From contig JANYDR010000218.1 in assembly GCA_025363495.1 (NCBI GenBank), positions 1 to 36,894 on the forward strand: DNA of 36,894 bases, written 5' to 3'. Positions 18,503-29,800 of the stretch are shown here, piece after piece. The position numbers were made by a program, and so were the translations under genes. The notes under the pieces are model-generated. The model searched no databases and had not been told where the DNA came from. It saw only the letters and a list, made by a program, of their open reading frames with translations. This DNA is from Cyclobacteriaceae bacterium (lineage in GTDB: Bacteria; Bacteroidota; Bacteroidia; Cytophagales; Cyclobacteriaceae). The stretch's first letter is position 1. Each line of letters begins with the position of its first letter.

Positions 18503-20068
18503 ATGCTTTATCGTATCCTTTTATTTATTTGTGTTCTGGCCGTTGCTTCATGCGTTAATAATAAAGATTATACGCTTGATTCTCTGACAATTACCCCCAC
18601 AGAAGCAGTACCAATTGCGACCGGGAATATCAGCATATTGGATTTCGCGTCAGATAAAGATTCCTCCTATCTTAAAACATATTCAGACGGGTTACTTTAT
18701 TTTTCCTACTCGCAAACTTTTGCCTCCCGAGGAATTCGTGCTTTGTTTGACAAACCAGCAAATAACAAGGTCTCAGTATCCCTTGATTTACCAACTGGAA
18801 GCTTGCCACCCAGCACTTCAGATACTCCCTATGGAGTTACAATTTATAGGCAAGTCAATCTGGATTTTAGTCCAGCTCAATTAAGTGAAATGTTGCTCAA
18901 GGGGGGCTTCGTAAATTATACTGTAAGCTTGTCACAAGCAACCAATCCTACGCTGCCACTGGAATTGGACATATCCCTCACTGATGTAGTGGATAATACA
19001 AGCCAGGTGCCACTAAGTATTGCAACATCTGTCGGGAATGGCTCTAAACCACTTAACAATTATCTGATCAAAATGACTAATAATAGTTTCAACATAAAGT
19101 TGGATCTGATTCTCAAGAAAAGAACAAGTACCGTTTTCATTCCGCCCAACACAAAATTAAATGTAACGATGACTTTTGATACGGACTTCGCATACATCAA
19201 AGGGTTTTTTGGTGATCGGACTGTTTCTATTCCAGCGCAAACAGTTGACCTCACTGTTTTTAATTCCTCATTGGGAAAGACTAAGGTTTCTTTTGTGCAG
19301 CCAGTATTAAAACTATCGGTACTTAACGATTATGGAGTTCCAGACGAAATAACCTTTTCGACAATTGAAGGAAGTAAGGCGGGGGCGACAATTCCTTTTC
19401 AACTCAATCCATCAAGTCCTATAAACATTAACGCTCCGGCAACGCTGGGAGCCTCTGCAACCACAAACATTACGGTAACTAATGCCAACGCAATCATAAA
19501 TTTTGCCCCTTCTCAACTGAGCTATGCAGGCAGTACCAGGATTAATAGGGGATTATCTTCCGGGAGCAATTTTCTTGCAGACACCAGCCAGTTACACATA
19601 ACAATGGCTGCTGAGGTCCCTCTCTATGGGCAAGTTTCTGGCTTTTCGTTGTCCGATACACTGGCAATTAATCTAACAAGCATTAATCAATCCAGCGTTA
19701 TCTCAGCGGCGCTCCGGGTGAAGGGAGTAAACGAAATCCCCCTGGATGTAAACATGCAACTCTACCTCACTGATAAGAATTACAAGGTTATTGATTCATT
19801 ATTTACAACCAATCAGACCCTTTGGGTAAAAGCAAGTAGTGTAACAGGTCTTGGTGAATTGGCGTCAGCGGGTGTTAGCGATCAAAAATTTGATTTGGTG
19901 ACGGACAAGATTAATAAATTGTTTACCTCAAGCTACATCATTGTAAAATCCAGATTAAATACCCCCAAAGACATAAGCGGAACTCCTCTGAATGTGAAAT
20001 TTAAGTCTAGCTATAAGATGAAACTGGATCTCGGATTATTGGCCAAATTGAATATCACAGCGAAATGA
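18503..20068 (+). CDS. Hypothetical beta-rich lipoprotein
   Basis: Signal peptide II MLYRILLFICVLAVAS-C from ATG 18503 (alternative start 18482); S/T/N-rich beta-strand pattern; ATGA overlap with the next gene. Confidence 0.75.
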   Translation: MLYRILLFICVLAVASCVNNKDYTLDSLTITPTEAVPIATGNISILDFASDKDSSYLKTYSDGLLYFSYSQTFASRGIRALFDKPANNKVSVSLDLPTGSLPPSTSDTPYGVTIYRQVNLDFSPAQLSEMLLKGGFVNYTVSLSQATNPTLPLELDISLTDVVDNTSQVPLSIATSVGNGSKPLNNYLIKMTNNSFNIKLDLILKKRTSTVFIPPNTKLNVTMTFDTDFAYIKGFFGDRTVSIPAQTVDLTVFNSSLGKTKVSFVQPVLKLSVLNDYGVPDEITFSTIEGSKAGATIPFQLNPSSPININAPATLGASATTNITVTNANAIINFAPSQLSYAGSTRINRGLSSGSNFLADTSQLHITMAAEVPLYGQVSGFSLSDTLAINLTSINQSSVISAALRVKGVNEIPLDVNMQLYLTDKNYKVIDSLFTTNQTLWVKASSVTGLGELASAGVSDQKFDLVTDKINKLFTSSYIIVKSRLNTPKDISGTPLNVKFKSSYKMKLDLGLLAKLNITAK

Positions 20069-21597
20069 AAAAAGTGCAATTCCTTTTGATCCTTTGCTTT
20101 GGCCTATTGAGCAATGCATCCTTCGCTCAGACGGAGAGTACCCTTTATTTCATGAATAGTCTTCCTCAGGTAGTGGATGTAAATCCCGCCATTATGCCTC
20201 GTTATAAATTATCGATTGGGTTACCCTTTATTTCATCTATTGGGGCTTCATATTCAAATAATGGTTTTACATATAATGATATGATTTCCCGTACGAACGG
20301 TGTGGTCCAGGCCGATCTTTCGAAATTCACAAAGAATCTTGCGGAAAAAAACTATATCACACTTTCTGCTCAAACCGATCTTTTCAGGGTCGGAATTCGC
20401 GTCGCGCCCAGGTTCTATGTGATGGCAAGCTCCTCCGTTAAAGTTTACAACAGGACTATGCTGGAGAGAGGACTTGCTTCCTTGATTGTGGATGGCACCG
20501 CTCCGATTGTTGGAACTTATTCAAATACAGCGCCGCAAGAAGAGGCCTTGTCATATATTGAAACTGCCCTCGGCATGGCCTTTCAGGTAAATGATAAATT
20601 GACCATCGGTGGGCGACTAAAATATCTTAACGGGATAAACAATGTGACCACGAAATCTTCTTCGGCAATAGTTCAGGTATCAGATACTTATCAGATCACC
20701 GCTACGGCCGCTGCTGATGTCCGAACCTCCGGTATCAACAATCTTAATACATCAGGATATAAAGTGAAAGATCATATCGGGGATTACTTTAAGAATACTG
20801 GTTTCGGTCTTGATATCGGGGCCACCTATAAGTTTATGGATAAATTAACCCTTGGTATCAGCATTACTGATATCGGATATATCAATTGGAAAAACAATAC
20901 GTATCAATACTCCCTCGATCCTGCAACAGCCAAGTACACATTTTCAGGAGTAGACGTTAATCAGTTACTGAATAATAATAAAACCAGTTTCAGCGCTCAG
21001 TTGGATTCAGCAAAGAAAAAATTTGAAATGAAGGAATCAGCATCGGGGTCCTACTCTACAATGTTGCCAGGTAAAATGTATTTGAGTGGTAACTATCAAT
21101 TGATTAACAACCTTTCTGTCGGCGCATTGTTCTTTAGTGAGAATTTTGCGGGACGCTATTCAGCCGGTATGACAGGATCGGTAAATAAGAACTTTGGAAA
21201 AGCAATAAGCACCTCATTGAGTTATACTGTATCCAATCGTTCCTATAACAATATTGGAATGGGCGTTTCTTTTAATCTCTCGCCAGTACAATTATACATT
21301 GTAGGCGACAATCTATTGAGGGCGCCGGCTTCCCTGATTGTCAATCAAAATATTAACTCATATCTCAATAGCTCTCAGGTGATTAATGTGAGAATGGGAT
21401 TGAATTTAGTGTTTGGATGGGATAAGGGATTAAACAAAAAAGTGGCAGTCGAGGATAACACTCACAATCCGGTACTGAAAAAGAACAACGCGAAAGTGAA
21501 AACCACTTTCGGGCGTGCTCCTCAGAAAGTAAAGAAAAAGAGGACAAAAAATTCAAAGAGTAGATCTAAGCCTCCTGCTTCGAAGATTGGACGTTAA
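20065..21597 (+). CDS. Outer-membrane beta-barrel protein, DUF5723-like
   Basis: Signal peptide ending SFA-Q; TLYFMNSLPQ...NPA N-terminus, GFGLDIGATY, SITDIGYINWK, QLYIVGDN and RMGLNLVFG match my recollection of DUF5723; Lys-rich tail follows. Confidence 0.72.
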   Translation: MKKVQFLLILCFGLLSNASFAQTESTLYFMNSLPQVVDVNPAIMPRYKLSIGLPFISSIGASYSNNGFTYNDMISRTNGVVQADLSKFTKNLAEKNYITLSAQTDLFRVGIRVAPRFYVMASSSVKVYNRTMLERGLASLIVDGTAPIVGTYSNTAPQEEALSYIETALGMAFQVNDKLTIGGRLKYLNGINNVTTKSSSAIVQVSDTYQITATAAADVRTSGINNLNTSGYKVKDHIGDYFKNTGFGLDIGATYKFMDKLTLGISITDIGYINWKNNTYQYSLDPATAKYTFSGVDVNQLLNNNKTSFSAQLDSAKKKFEMKESASGSYSTMLPGKMYLSGNYQLINNLSVGALFFSENFAGRYSAGMTGSVNKNFGKAISTSLSYTVSNRSYNNIGMGVSFNLSPVQLYIVGDNLLRAPASLIVNQNINSYLNSSQVINVRMGLNLVFGWDKGLNKKVAVEDNTHNPVLKKNNAKVKTTFGRAPQKVKKKRTKNSKSRSKPPASKIGR

Positions 21598-21695
21598 TGA
21601 TCAAATGTTATCAGCTATAGTTAAATAATTAAATTAAGGGTTGTTGGGGTAAAGCATTACCCCCTTTGCCTTTTACTGCCTACGTGAAAAATACT

Positions 21696-21740
21696 TTATA
21701 ACAAAAAAGCCCTGAAATCATCAGGGCTTTTTTGTTATAA
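21696..21740. terminator. Bidirectional intrinsic terminator between the barrel gene and nrdA
   Basis: Perfect 20-bp inverted repeat TTATAACAAAAAAGCCCTGA-aatca-TCAGGGCTTTTTTGTTATAA between convergent genes. Confidence 0.9.
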
Positions 21741-21755
21741 GAGAGATCAACCAAA

Positions 21756-24221
21756 TCAACTTCCACACGCTTCACATGCATCCGGATTATCCAGTGAGCA
21801 GGCCATGTCTGCGCGCTTCTGATCGTAGGCCATCGGCTGAGTTTCGTACTGGATAGCCTGTTGAGATTCCATCATCACCGGTGCTATTACGGTCTGAAGG
21901 GCAGATTCCATAACAGCTCCTTGAGCGATAGCTTCAGCAGGAACTTGCTGCATGTTGGACTTATCAAGAGTAAACTTGATAGCGTCTGCAGCGGCTGTAG
22001 AGCGTAGGTAATACATACCTGTCTTCAACCCTTTTTTCCAGGCATAAAAGTGCATGGAAGTAAGCTTGCCGAAATTCGGGTTTGTAATATGAATGTTCAG
22101 ACTTTGTGATTGGCAGATATATGCACCACGGTCAGCTGACATATCAATGATTGACTTTTGAGAAATTTCCCAAACGGTCTTATAAATATCCTTTAGATTT
22201 TGAGGAATCTCCGGGATAGACTGAACTGATCCGTTTGCCCCAATAAGTTTCTGGCGCAATGTATCACTCCATAATCCGGCTGCCATCAGGTCTTTCATAA
22301 GGTGCTTATTGACCACAATGAATTCGCCGGATAATGTTCTGCGCGAATAGATATTGGACGTATAAGGCTCAAAGCACTCATTGTTACCCAGGATCTGAGA
22401 AGTAGAAGCTGTTGGCATCGGAGCCAACAACAAAGAGTTACGTACTCCATGTTGCTTCACATCTCTTTTAAGTTGCTCCCAGTTCCAACGATTTGAAGAA
22501 GGAGTTACTCCCCACATATCAAACTGGAAAATCCCTTTTGACACAGGTGATCCTTTAAAGGTTTCGTAAGGTCCCAGCTCTTTGGATAACTCCATAGAAG
22601 CCTCCATGGCACCAAAATAGATGGTTTCAAAAATGTCGCTGTTCAGGCCTCGTGCTTCTTCCGAGTCAAATGGCATACGTAACAGGATGAAGGCATCAGC
22701 CAGTCCCTGTACACCCAATCCAATCGGGCGGTGACGCATGTTTGACTTCTTTGCTTCAGCTACCGGATAGTAATTCACATCGATCACTTTGTTAAGATTG
22801 CGTGTAGCCACTTTCGTGATCTCATACAACTTCTGGTGATCAAACTTTCCGTCGATAACAAATTTTGGCAACGCAATAGAGGCTAGATTACAAACAGCAA
22901 TCTCATCTTCTGAAGTATACTCTATAATTTCAGTACACAAGTTGCTTGACTTGATAGTACCAAGATTTTTTTGGTTTGATTTTTTATTAGCGGCATCCTT
23001 ATATAAAATGTAAGGAGTCCCTGTTTCAATTTGTGATTCAAGGATTTCGAACCACAGGTCCTGAGCCTTTATTTGTTTGCGGAACTTGCCCTCTTTTTCA
23101 TACTTTTCATAGAGACGTTCGAATTCTTCTCCATAGCAATCAGCAAGTCCAGGACATTCATTCGGACAGAAAAGTGACCATGATTCGTTGCTCTCGACAC
23201 GTTTCATGAAGAGATCCGGTATCCACATCGCGTAGAAAAGATCGCGTGCACGCATCTCTTCCTTGCCATGATTTTTCTTTAGGTCAAGAAATTCAAAAAC
23301 ATCTGCGTGCCATGGTTCCAGGTAAATAGCAAAGCTTCCTTTGCGCTTGCCACCGCCCTGATCCACGTAACGCGCAGTCATATCAAAATTCCGGAGCATA
23401 GGTACAATTCCATTGGAAGTACCACCTGTTCCTTTTATATAGGAGCCTTTCGCGCGAACGTTATGAATACTTAGTCCGATGCCACCAGCAGATTGTGAAA
23501 TCTTCGCACAGTTTTTTAATGTATCATAGATCCCATCAATACTATCATCCTTCATCGTCAACAGGAAGCACGAAGATAATTGGGGCTTCGGTGTTCCGGC
23601 GTTAAATAATGTAGGAGTTGCATGAGTAAACCACTTTTCTGAAAGCAGGTTATAGGTCTCAATGGCAGCAGGAACATCTTCTCCATGTATGCCTACCGCC
23701 ACGCGCATAAGCAAATGTTGGGGACGTTCTACCACTTTACCTTCAATCTTCATGAGGTAAGAGCGCTCAAGGGTTTTAAAACCAAAAAAGTCATAGCTGA
23801 AGTCGCGATCATAGACGATCGCATCATCCAATTCAGCGGCGTGAGCTTTAATGACCTTCCATGTCTCTTTCGAAATCATAGGAGCATTTTGACCGGTCTT
23901 GGCATCCACGTGCTGGTAGAGTCGTTTCATTGTGTTTGAGAACGATTTACTGGTAGTCTTGTGGAGGTTGGATACGGCAATCCGGGCAGCCAGCTTGGCA
24001 AAGTCCGGGTGGCGCGTCGTCATCGTTGCGGCAATCTCCGCAGCGAGGTTATCTAATTCATGCGTTGATACGCCATCGTAGAGGCCATTGATCACCTTCA
24101 TGGCTACTTCTACAGGGTTGACAAGTTTTGGATCGAGGCCATAGCAGAGTTTTTCGATCCGGGCGGTGATTTTGTCGAATTTGACGGACTCTCTGTGGCC
24201 GTCCCGCTTTAATACGAGCAT
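21756..24221 (-). CDS. nrdA: Ribonucleoside-diphosphate reductase class Ia alpha subunit
   Basis: N-terminal ATP cone (VLKRDG...FDKITARI), [45 protein letters not shown]-terminal CEACGS. Confidence 0.97.
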   Translation of the reverse strand: MLVLKRDGHRESVKFDKITARIEKLCYGLDPKLVNPVEVAMKVINGLYDGVSTHELDNLAAEIAATMTTRHPDFAKLAARIAVSNLHKTTSKSFSNTMKRLYQHVDAKTGQNAPMISKETWKVIKAHAAELDDAIVYDRDFSYDFFGFKTLERSYLMKIEGKVVERPQHLLMRVAVGIHGEDVPAAIETYNLLSEKWFTHATPTLFNAGTPKPQLSSCFLLTMKDDSIDGIYDTLKNCAKISQSAGGIGLSIHNVRAKGSYIKGTGGTSNGIVPMLRNFDMTARYVDQGGGKRKGSFAIYLEPWHADVFEFLDLKKNHGKEEMRARDLFYAMWIPDLFMKRVESNESWSLFCPNECPGLADCYGEEFERLYEKYEKEGKFRKQIKAQDLWFEILESQIETGTPYILYKDAANKKSNQKNLGTIKSSNLCTEIIEYTSEDEIAVCNLASIALPKFVIDGKFDHQKLYEITKVATRNLNKVIDVNYYPVAEAKKSNMRHRPIGLGVQGLADAFILLRMPFDSEEARGLNSDIFETIYFGAMEASMELSKELGPYETFKGSPVSKGIFQFDMWGVTPSSNRWNWEQLKRDVKQHGVRNSLLLAPMPTASTSQILGNNECFEPYTSNIYSRRTLSGEFIVVNKHLMKDLMAAGLWSDTLRQKLIGANGSVQSIPEIPQNLKDIYKTVWEISQKSIIDMSADRGAYICQSQSLNIHITNPNFGKLTSMHFYAWKKGLKTGMYYLRSTAAADAIKFTLDKSNMQQVPAEAIAQGAVMESALQTVIAPVMMESQQAIQYETQPMAYDQKRADMACSLDNPDACEACGS

Positions 24222-24277
24222 GTATAAAAATTATTTGGGTGTGTAGTAAAAGTTTAAAAAATGATTTTGGAAGGTAA

Positions 24278-25267
24278 TTAAAAATCTTCGTTAAGGGAAA
24301 ACTTTTGATCAGCTTCTTTTTCAGTGCTTTTCATAACCCCCGCTTTCTGGTATTCTGCCACGCGCTTCTCGAAGAAATTGGTCTTTCCGCGAAGCGAAAT
24401 CATCTCCATAAAGTCAAAGGGATTGGTCGTGTTGTAGATTTTCTGGCCAACTAATTCATTTAACAAACGGTCAGCGACGAATTCTATATACTGGCACATG
24501 AGTTGTGCGTTCATCCCTATAAGGTTCACTGGCAGAGCGTCAGTTACAAATTCTTGTTCGATCACCACGGCATCTCTGATGATCTCAATCACGCGTTCCG
24601 ACGGAAGTTTGGTAACAATATGTTTTGTATAAAGGTGGCATGCAAAGTCGCAATGCAAACCTTCATCACGTGAGATAAGCTCGTTGGAGAAGCTTAATCC
24701 CGGCATAAGTCCGCGCTTCTTCAACCAAAAAATTGAACAGAATGATCCTGAAAAAAATATTCCCTCCACAGCGGCAAATGCAATGAGCCTTTCCTGAAAA
24801 TTTCCCTGGTTGATCCAGCGTAGGGCCCAATCAGCTTTTTTCTTCACGCAATCCATTGTATCAATGGCATGAAAAAGTTTGTCTTTCTCCTTAGGGTCTT
24901 TAACCAGTGTATCAATCAGTAGGGAATAAGTCTCCGAGTGGATATTTTCGATGGCAATCTGAAAACCATAGAAAAACTTTGCCTCCGTGTACTGTACTTC
25001 TCCGACAAAGTGCTCCGCCAGGTTTTCATTTACAATGCCATCGCTAGCGGCGAAAAATGCTAAAACATGGGAAACAAAGTACTTTTCTCCTTCGGTAAGA
25101 TTTGCCCAATCGCGTAAATCATGGCTCAAATCAATTTCCTCTGCAGTCCAGAAGCTGGCTTCGGCTTGCTTGTAAAATTTCCAGATGTCATGGTGCTTAA
25201 TGGGGAAGAGTACGAATCGGTCTTTGTTTTCTTTGAGAATGGGTTCATCAAGTGGGGTGTTGTTCAT
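24278..25267 (-). CDS. nrdB: Ribonucleoside-diphosphate reductase class Ia beta subunit
   Basis: [30 protein letters not shown] (radical Tyr), [28 protein letters not shown]. Confidence 0.97.
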   Translation of the reverse strand: MNNTPLDEPILKENKDRFVLFPIKHHDIWKFYKQAEASFWTAEEIDLSHDLRDWANLTEGEKYFVSHVLAFFAASDGIVNENLAEHFVGEVQYTEAKFFYGFQIAIENIHSETYSLLIDTLVKDPKEKDKLFHAIDTMDCVKKKADWALRWINQGNFQERLIAFAAVEGIFFSGSFCSIFWLKKRGLMPGLSFSNELISRDEGLHCDFACHLYTKHIVTKLPSERVIEIIRDAVVIEQEFVTDALPVNLIGMNAQLMCQYIEFVADRLLNELVGQKIYNTTNPFDFMEMISLRGKTNFFEKRVAEYQKAGVMKSTEKEADQKFSLNEDF

Positions 25268-25374
25268 ATATACCAGGTATAATTTCTTTGTCTGTCAGCG
25301 CTCCGGATTTTTTAGAGAACATTGTCCCCACTCATACTATGAGTAAAGACGTTCAATAAATTGTAAGGGAGGAA

Positions 25375-25405
25375 CAAATATTTGAAATGAAGGGTACAAT
25401 TCAAA
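25375..25405 (-). promoter_or_regulatory. Candidate promoter for nrdB-nrdA
   Basis: Minus strand TTTG, 19-nt spacer, AATATTTG (one mismatch to TAnnTTTG), about 110 bp upstream of nrdB. Confidence 0.5.
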
Positions 25406-25698
25406 GGGCTAATCGCCAGGTGACGTGATGATGAAAATTGTTTTCCTCAAACATATTTTTGAAAGGGTTTCATTCTCATTCACTTATGTCCCTTATGAAA
25501 AGTGATATATGAAATGATAATTTTTCAAAAAAAAATTATGCTGGAAATTGCGATCAATTACAGTGGGCTTGAAACGCCATTTTCGATTTAAAAAATCGTC
25601 ACTTTTTTTAGTCTGAAATTCTTCAACGGCCGGCCATAGTCTTCCATGGAGGCTTAAACCGGTGATTTTGGCCAGCCTGGGCTATTTTATTGAAATTA

Positions 25699-25729
25699 TT
25701 GGTTTTTCAGGGTCAGTATTCTATCTTTG
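25699..25729 (+). promoter_or_regulatory. Sigma-A promoter for rplU-rpmA
   Basis: TTG (25699-25701), 20 nt, TATCTTTG (25722-25729). Confidence 0.75.
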
Positions 25730-25754
25730 CAGTCCATTTTTAAAACCAACTGTC

Positions 25755-26060
25755 ATGTACGCTGTTGTTGATATCGCTGGTAAGCAATTTAAAGTCGAAA
25801 AAGACCAGTATTTGTATACTCCTCGCCTGGATGCGAAAGTAGGTGATTCAGTCACGTTTGATAAGGTTCTCCTGATCGATACTGACGGTGCCGTAAAGGT
25901 TGGAACTCCGACTATTGCAGGTGCGACCATATCCGGCAAGGTGTTGGAACATGTAAAGGATGGTAAAGTGATTATTTTCAAGAAGAAACGTAGAAAAGGA
26001 TATGCTGTAAAAAACGGTCATCGTCAACAGTTCACGAAAGTTCAGATTGAAAGTATCTAA
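25755..26060 (+). CDS. rplU: 50S ribosomal protein L21
   Basis: MYAVVDIAGKQFKV...FKKKRRKGY...GHRQQFTKV. Start moved from 25662 to ATG 25755. Confidence 0.97.
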   Translation: MYAVVDIAGKQFKVEKDQYLYTPRLDAKVGDSVTFDKVLLIDTDGAVKVGTPTIAGATISGKVLEHVKDGKVIIFKKKRRKGYAVKNGHRQQFTKVQIESI

Positions 26061-26113
26061 GTTTAGCACTTAACAGAAGTCATCAAATAAGTCAGCAGAA
26101 AAACGTTTAGATC

Positions 26114-26371
26114 ATGGCACACAAAAAAGGTGAAGGTAAAGTAAAGAACGGCCGGGAATCGGAAAGCAAGCGCCTTGGTATCAAGGTATTCGGAGGCCAA
26201 AAAGTAATTGCAGGTAATATTATTGTCCGTCAGCGAGGAACGAAACATCATCCGGGTAGAAATGTAGGTCTTGGTAAGGATCATACACTTTTTGCATTGA
26301 CTGCCGGGACCGTTCTTTTCAAAAAAGGAAGGGCTGATAAATCCTTTGTTTCGGTTGTAGCCGAGGCTTAA
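26114..26371 (+). CDS. rpmA: 50S ribosomal protein L27
   Basis: [20 protein letters not shown]...[23 protein letters not shown]. Confidence 0.98.
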   Translation: MAHKKGEGKVKNGRESESKRLGIKVFGGQKVIAGNIIVRQRGTKHHPGRNVGLGKDHTLFALTAGTVLFKKGRADKSFVSVVAEA

Positions 26372-26410
26372 AATAACAAGATTTTTAGAATAGAAATTAT
26401 ACTTTGAAGC

Positions 26411-26444
26411 ACCTGGGAATCTCGTTTCCAGGTTCTTTTTTTTT
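26411..26444 (+). terminator. Intrinsic terminator after rpmA
   Basis: ACCTGGGAA-tctcg-TTTCCAGGT stem (one G-U pair) followed by a long T run. Confidence 0.8.
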
Positions 26445-26825
26445 GCCAAAAGTCATCTTTCTAGGCAACGGTTTAGTTGTCCATCAAAGTTTCACTCACC
26501 AAATTTAGGTTACTGAGTTATTCGGTATTCTGATGAATGACCGACCGGGTGTATACATGGCTAGCAAAAATAACAAACGATTGATATTGATTTAAAGGCC
26601 GTTTTTTGATTATTTTTTATTACCCAAAGATTCGGTATTTATTAGAATGTTATTAGTTTTTTAGCCTACCCAATTAGGACAAAACAGCTTTACGACTCGT
26701 TTCGAATGATTTTGACTTGATCTAAGACTACCGCACCTATAGGCGATAGGTAATTACCCCAAACGGGATTTCCCGGTTGCGGTTTTTCAATCTACTTTCG
26801 CGAATAATTAACCTAAACATAACCT

Positions 26826-29800
26826 ATGAAGAAGTTTTTACTAGTATGCTTCTCATTCCTTTTTGCTCTTAGCTCAGCGCGGGCGCAGGAACGGGTAGTC
26901 TCGGGGAAGGTAACGTCTACAGATGACGGCACTACTTTACCTGGTGTGAACGTAGTACTGAAGGGTACTACAAACGGTACGGTTACCGATGCGGACGGTA
27001 GCTATAAGTTAAATGTACCTTCTGCGGGTGGCACGTTGATTTTTTCATTTATCGGAATGCAAACCCAGGAAATCGCCATAGGCGAACGTTCTGTGGTTGA
27101 TCTCGGTATGGGTCTGGACTCAAAACAACTTTCAGAAGTTGTTGTAACCGCTTTCGGTATTGAATCAGAAAAAAGATCCCTCGGCACTTCAACAACTACG
27201 TTGAAATCGGAAGCAATTGCTGACTCACGTCAGACAAACGTTGTGAACTCCCTTACAGCTAAAATGGCGGGCGTTCGGATTTCAAGCAGCGGTGGTAACG
27301 TGGGTGCCTCATCTTCGATTTTTATTCGGGGTATGACCAGCTTTACGCAAAGCAATCAGCCTTTGTTTGTAGTAGATGGTATTCCTATCGATAACAGCGG
27401 TGGTGGGAATGCCCTCCAAACAGGTGTATCCAACTCTAACCGTGCGATTGACCTTAACCCGGATGATATTGAAAGCATGACAGTTCTGAAAGGACCTGCT
27501 GCTGCTGTATTGTACGGTTCACGTGCGATTTCAGGTGCGATCATGATCACTACAAAAAAGGGTGGACAGGCGAAAAATAAGAATTCTGTAAGCTTTACTT
27601 CTAACTACAATCAAACAGAAGTAAATCGTTTACCGGATTACCAAAATACGTATGGACAGGGAAGTAACGGCATTTATAATCCAGGGTCACTTGATAGCTG
27701 GGGCCCAAAAATTACTGGTCAGACTGTAACCAATTATCTTGGAAAACCTGAGGTTCTCCAGGCTTATCCTAATAACGTTAAGGAGATTTTCAGAAAAGGA
27801 AATAGTGCACAGAATTCACTTAGCTTCAAAGGCGGAAATGATAAATCAAATTTCATTTTCTCCTACTCGAACCTTCATGAAAATGGTGTTTTGAAGAACA
27901 ACGAATTGTTGAGAAACACATTTCGTTTAGCGGCCAACACGCAGCTTACTGATAAGTTACACGTTGGAGCTTCTGTGAGCTATTTCAATACCACATCACG
28001 CCGTACTCCTATTGGTAACCAGCAAGCAAACCCTTTGTTCAGAGGTTTCATAATTCCAAGATCTTATAATCTTACAGGTTATCCATACCAAAATCCTAAC
28101 GGATCTGAGACGTACTATGATACGTCAACAGATAATCCACTTTGGACGATTGAAAACAATACCTATAAAGATAATCTTAACCGGATGTTGGCTCAGTTTG
28201 ACATTGGTTATGATTTCACAGACTGGTTGAGCCTGAACTATCGCTTAGGTACTGACTACTACAGCTTGAACATTAAAGCCGTTGATGCCGTTGGTACGAT
28301 TGGTACTGCCTATACTGCTGCCGCCCAGACCGGGGGTACACAGGATGAAAATATCATTAGCCAGCAGACAAGTTCATATTTGAACCTGACTGCAAAGAAG
28401 AATTTTGGGGATTTTGGCACCTCACTTCTGCTTGGTAACGAAATAAACAAAACAACATTAACAGATCAGGGCGTTTCCGCTACAGGTGCATCAGTTAACG
28501 GTTTTGGTCAGATTGATAGTTATTCAAATTATGCTCCATTTAATGGTACTGGTAACGCACAGTTCTCTAACGTTAACAGAACGTTGCTGGGTCTTTATGC
28601 TCAGGCAACCGTTAGCTATAAGAGCTATGCATACATTAACTTATCAGGAAGAAATGACTGGTCGTCAACATTTGCGCCCAAGAACAACTCTTATTTCTAT
28701 CCTTCTGTTTCAGGAAGCTTCATCTTCTCAGATGCGTTTCCTTCATTGAAGAATAATAAGATATTCTCTTTTGGTAAGCTAAGGGCAAACGTTGCTAAAG
28801 TGGGTCGCACAGCGCCAGTTTTTTCTACAGATACTTATTTCGGAAAATCTAATCCTTCGAATGGCTTCGGACCTAACCTTCTTTATCCGTTCCGTGGTGT
28901 TCAGGCATATACGCTCAGTAACGCTTCAGGAAATTCTGATATCAAGCCTGAGTTTACTACTACTGCAGAAGTAGGAACTGAATTAAGATTCTGGCAAGAC
29001 AGGATATCATTGGATTTTGGTTACTTTGAAACACACACAACTGACATAATTCTTAATGCTCCGACATCAGCTGCGTCAGGCTTCACAACACAGTTGAGAA
29101 ATGCCGGAGAGTTGAAAACGAATGGTTTTGAAATCACCTTGGGAGTTAGTGCTATCAAGACTAACAATTTTTCATGGGATATCAGTGCTAACTGGACGAG
29201 GATCAGAAACAATGTCATAAAGATTGATCCATTGGTTAGTTCTATCTTTCTCGGGGGATTTACAGTTCCACAGACTCAGCTTCAGGCGGGTCAGCCTTAT
29301 GGTGTGATAGTTGGAAATCCTTTCAACAAGGATGCTAACGGCAATTTGTTGATTACTTCAGCAGGTGCTGGTTCCGGTCAGCCGACAGGTAACACAAATG
29401 TTGTATCGGTAATTGGTAATCCTAATCCTGATTGGACTGCGGGTATCACAAACACTTTCAACTACAAAGGAATTGCTCTTTCATTCCTCATTGACATCAG
29501 AAGTGGTGGAGATGTGATTTCAAGAAACCTTCGTGACTTGAGATTCAGAGGGGTTGCTGCGGAAACGGCAGATCGCGACAAGACCTATGTAATCAAAGGT
29601 GTGTTGCGTGATCCTGTTAATAATCCTGACGGTACTGCACGGGCGTTGCTGGGAAGCGATGGTAATCCAATCCCTAATACAATCGCGCTGAATGCTCAAA
29701 ACTATTGGACGAGCATCTATAACACCCAAGGTGAATCAATTGTGTTTGACGCTTCATGGGTAAGATTAAGAGAAGCTTCCATAAGCTATTCTTTGCCAAA

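Noticed and set aside
21646-21663. Small hairpin GGGGTAA-agca-TTACCCC after the barrel gene
   Set aside because: Could be a weak terminator, but the stem is short with a broken T tract, and a strong bidirectional terminator lies about 30 bp downstream.
25410-25690. Long AT-rich spacer between nrdB and rplU as an ncRNA or small gene
   Set aside because: No convincing ORF, stable structure or repeat found by eye; consistent with divergent promoter DNA.
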